This document shows, in pieces, positions 62,066-64,000 of a DNA stretch of 64,000 nucleotides. The position numbers and the translations under genes were made by a program. The stretch is from a plasmid: sequence record NZ_CP148139.1; one strand, written 5' to 3'. The stretch's first letter is position 1; the number at the start of each line of letters is the position of its first letter. Under the pieces are notes generated by a model, which saw only the letters and a list, made by a program, of their open reading frames with translations, did not search any database and was not told the origin of the DNA.

Positions 62066-62794
62066 CTAAACAGTTGTGATTAACCAGAAAGATCTCCGTT
62101 TGGGAGCTGCCAGTTTCTCACTACCGAGTCGGTTTCCTGACTCATCAATTATACGGGCATATTCAACAACTTCTTCACGCTCTTTTTTGAGTGTGATGAA
62201 ATCACCTTTCTGCACCGTTGAGTTAGCAATTGCATCTGCCAGACCTAAACCCCAAATGATATCTTCATCAATACGAACGTAATAGGACCGTCTGTTTTGA
62301 GGTTTGAACTGGTAGTGCGCTACTCCGAAATCACGTAAAATACCGTGGTATTCTTTGTGAGAGCCCTTTCGACAGTCGTTAGAAGATGAAAGCTGTACTT
62401 CATTTCTATGCAATCTATCGCTATTTAAGGCGCAAATTTCCGGATAATTATTGCTTGAGTCGTCTTTTTGCTCACAATCGTGTGCAATCATTAACTCGTG
62501 TGAAGTTGGAACTTCAGCGTTTGGATATAGGTTCACATCATCGGCATTGCGAAAATGTGCCTTTCGTCTATTAAGCTGATCTCTATTGCGTTTATTTAGA
62601 TACATAATCATGAAGATAGTTGTACTGATAGCAATCGAAACCAGATTTTTAGTGCTAAAACTTTCTACGTTTGGTAGTGATCCATCCCACAAAAACACAA
62701 GCGCAAACATTATTGAAGCGTATGCAACCGTGAATTTATAGTTCAGGCAGGCGTGAACAAGCACACCAATCACTAGTATTGATATGATTAACAT
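62066..62794 (-). CDS. Hypothetical membrane-anchored protein (two N-terminal TM helices plus a soluble C-terminal domain)
   Basis: Hydrophobic segments IISILVIGVLVHACL and SIAISTTIFMIMYL. Confidence 0.4.
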   Translation of the reverse strand: MLIISILVIGVLVHACLNYKFTVAYASIMFALVFLWDGSLPNVESFSTKNLVSIAISTTIFMIMYLNKRNRDQLNRRKAHFRNADDVNLYPNAEVPTSHELMIAHDCEQKDDSSNNYPEICALNSDRLHRNEVQLSSSNDCRKGSHKEYHGILRDFGVAHYQFKPQNRRSYYVRIDEDIIWGLGLADAIANSTVQKGDFITLKKEREEVVEYARIIDESGNRLGSEKLAAPKRRSFWLITTV

Positions 62795-62975
62795 ATAATT
62801 TACCTTCGTAAACTTGGGTATTATTGGAGAGTTTAAAACCGTTAGTAGTAAAAACTACTTCGGGGGAGAGAGGGATTATTGAGATCTCTCTGAATTGAAC
62901 TATGAGTTAACATAGCTAGATGTAGTGTCAATCAGACACTTGTAACAGAACCATTCTGTTTCAAAAATAATAAGA

Positions 62976-63734
62976 ATGCAAGTCCCTTTTTTGATTACAA
63001 CTTTTATTGCTATCATGAAAAGTTCTTTTTTATTGGTACGTATAATGAAGGTCTTTGAAACCGGTTTTGGAGAAAACATGAGTCAGGATAAAGAAGTTTT
63101 CGATTCAGTAACTACACGAAAAACAAGACGGAAAAAAGTAACTTCTGTACCGTCGTCTGAATACCAAATGCATTTAGATACCACTATTGCGATTGATGCC
63201 TATCATCAACGGTTCTTTGTAGCAAGCCAAGCCGCCTATTTGTTGGAACAGCGCCTTGAACGCTGTCTTATGCATCGAGACAAAATTATGCGTGATCGTG
63301 CATCTGCTATCGTAAAATCACTGAGTCAGGCAGTTGACAGCAATTTTTCAGACTTAGAAAATTTTAAACTGACATTGGCACAACTCATATCTGAAGTAGA
63401 GACTGAACGCGGTACTAAATATGAGTTATTGAGCTATTCCACACCGCGCTCTATGACGATTGAAAATCGTACTTATCTGGCAACCAGAATGTGTACTGGC
63501 TTAGAGACTCTTGATCTTGTAGTTAAGTATCTCGATGTTTGCCGACATTATTCTTTAGTACCATTGGCTGAGATCCTTGAAACTCAAAACACTGCTGACA
63601 AACGTATGCGTGGGGTGTTTAGTACAATCATACGTCATGGTGCAACAATGAAGCGGTTGGAAACTGAGCACTCCACACGGAAAGTTACCTCAGATGATAA
63701 GTCAGTATCAGATATAAAAATTGAAAATGAATAA
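62976..63734 (+). CDS. Hypothetical protein, divergent from the bet-exo cluster; start uncertain (possibly MSQDKEVF at about 63078)
   Basis: ORF with a long hydrophilic sequence. No recognisable motif. Confidence 0.35.
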   Translation: MQVPFLITTFIAIMKSSFLLVRIMKVFETGFGENMSQDKEVFDSVTTRKTRRKKVTSVPSSEYQMHLDTTIAIDAYHQRFFVASQAAYLLEQRLERCLMHRDKIMRDRASAIVKSLSQAVDSNFSDLENFKLTLAQLISEVETERGTKYELLSYSTPRSMTIENRTYLATRMCTGLETLDLVVKYLDVCRHYSLVPLAEILETQNTADKRMRGVFSTIIRHGATMKRLETEHSTRKVTSDDKSVSDIKIENE

Positions 63735-64000
63735 TTGACTTTCAGTTAAATTATAAAAGATGATCAGATTAATGATCATCTTTTATTTTATATAACTAAT
63801 GGTTTAGGAATAATGTTATTAATAACATAATCGATATAATCTTCTTTATAAAATTCTATTGGAGAAAAATCTCTTTTTTCATCAAAAAATAAAGAGTAAT
63901 CCCTCGTATTTAATGTGTTTAACTCGTTTGATATATCATCAATACCCAGTGGTTTTAAAAACATATCATATGCTTTTTTAGAATCAAAAATTCTATTGAA

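Overview
This window is a mosaic segment of a large multi-replicon conjugative resistance plasmid, or possibly an ICE-like element. From start to end it contains four blocks. (1) Bases 1-3100: a high-GC enterobacterial-type piece carrying the 3' part of an IncFII/IncI-type RepA1-family replication initiator and a putative oriR with a DnaA box, ending at an IS1 (3101-3868) with no target-site duplication. (2) Bases 3870-15877: a low-GC accessory block with tet(B) (tetA, tetR, tetO operators, a tetC-like ArsR regulator) but no IS10 and no tetD. It continues with an MFS transporter, a SulP anion permease, UspA, a 5'-truncated umuC/rumB-like polymerase V gene, a ParB-nuclease-like gene, an SSB-like gene, and an Hcp-like gene cut by IS26. 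(3) Bases 15878-32110: an IS26-bounded remnant of a Tn21/Tn1696-family transposon. It carries a class 1 integron (intI1, strong Pc, aadB-catB8-blaOXA-10-aadA1, qacEdelta1, sul1, orf5), IS1326 interrupted by IS1353, truncated tniB and tniA, then tnpR, tnpA and the 38-bp terminal IR. (4) Bases 32111-64000: a very AT-rich backbone. It holds unknown accessory operons, a Rep_3-type iteron replicon (10 spaced plus 5 tandem 22-bp iterons), a parMRC partition locus, a regulatory module (lytic transglycosylase, FlhC-like activator, repeated 13-bp boxes), and F/SXT-like type IV secretion genes traN, traG, traH and traF. Upstream of traF sit a MoxR-like AAA ATPase, an unknown 395-aa protein and a zincin-peptidase/vWA protein (the 'CobS/CobT-like' trio), then a RecT-like annealing protein and a YqaJ-like exonuclease. 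The backbone gene content (rumB-like gene, bet/exo, cobS/cobT-like, traFHG, FlhDC-like activator) resembles the MOBH SXT/R391-IncA/C-pAQU lineage, but in a different arrangement and with its own replicon. The most interesting functionally uncharacterised candidate is the AAA-x-vWA/peptidase trio embedded in the transfer region. All product calls come from reading the translations by eye; no database search was run.
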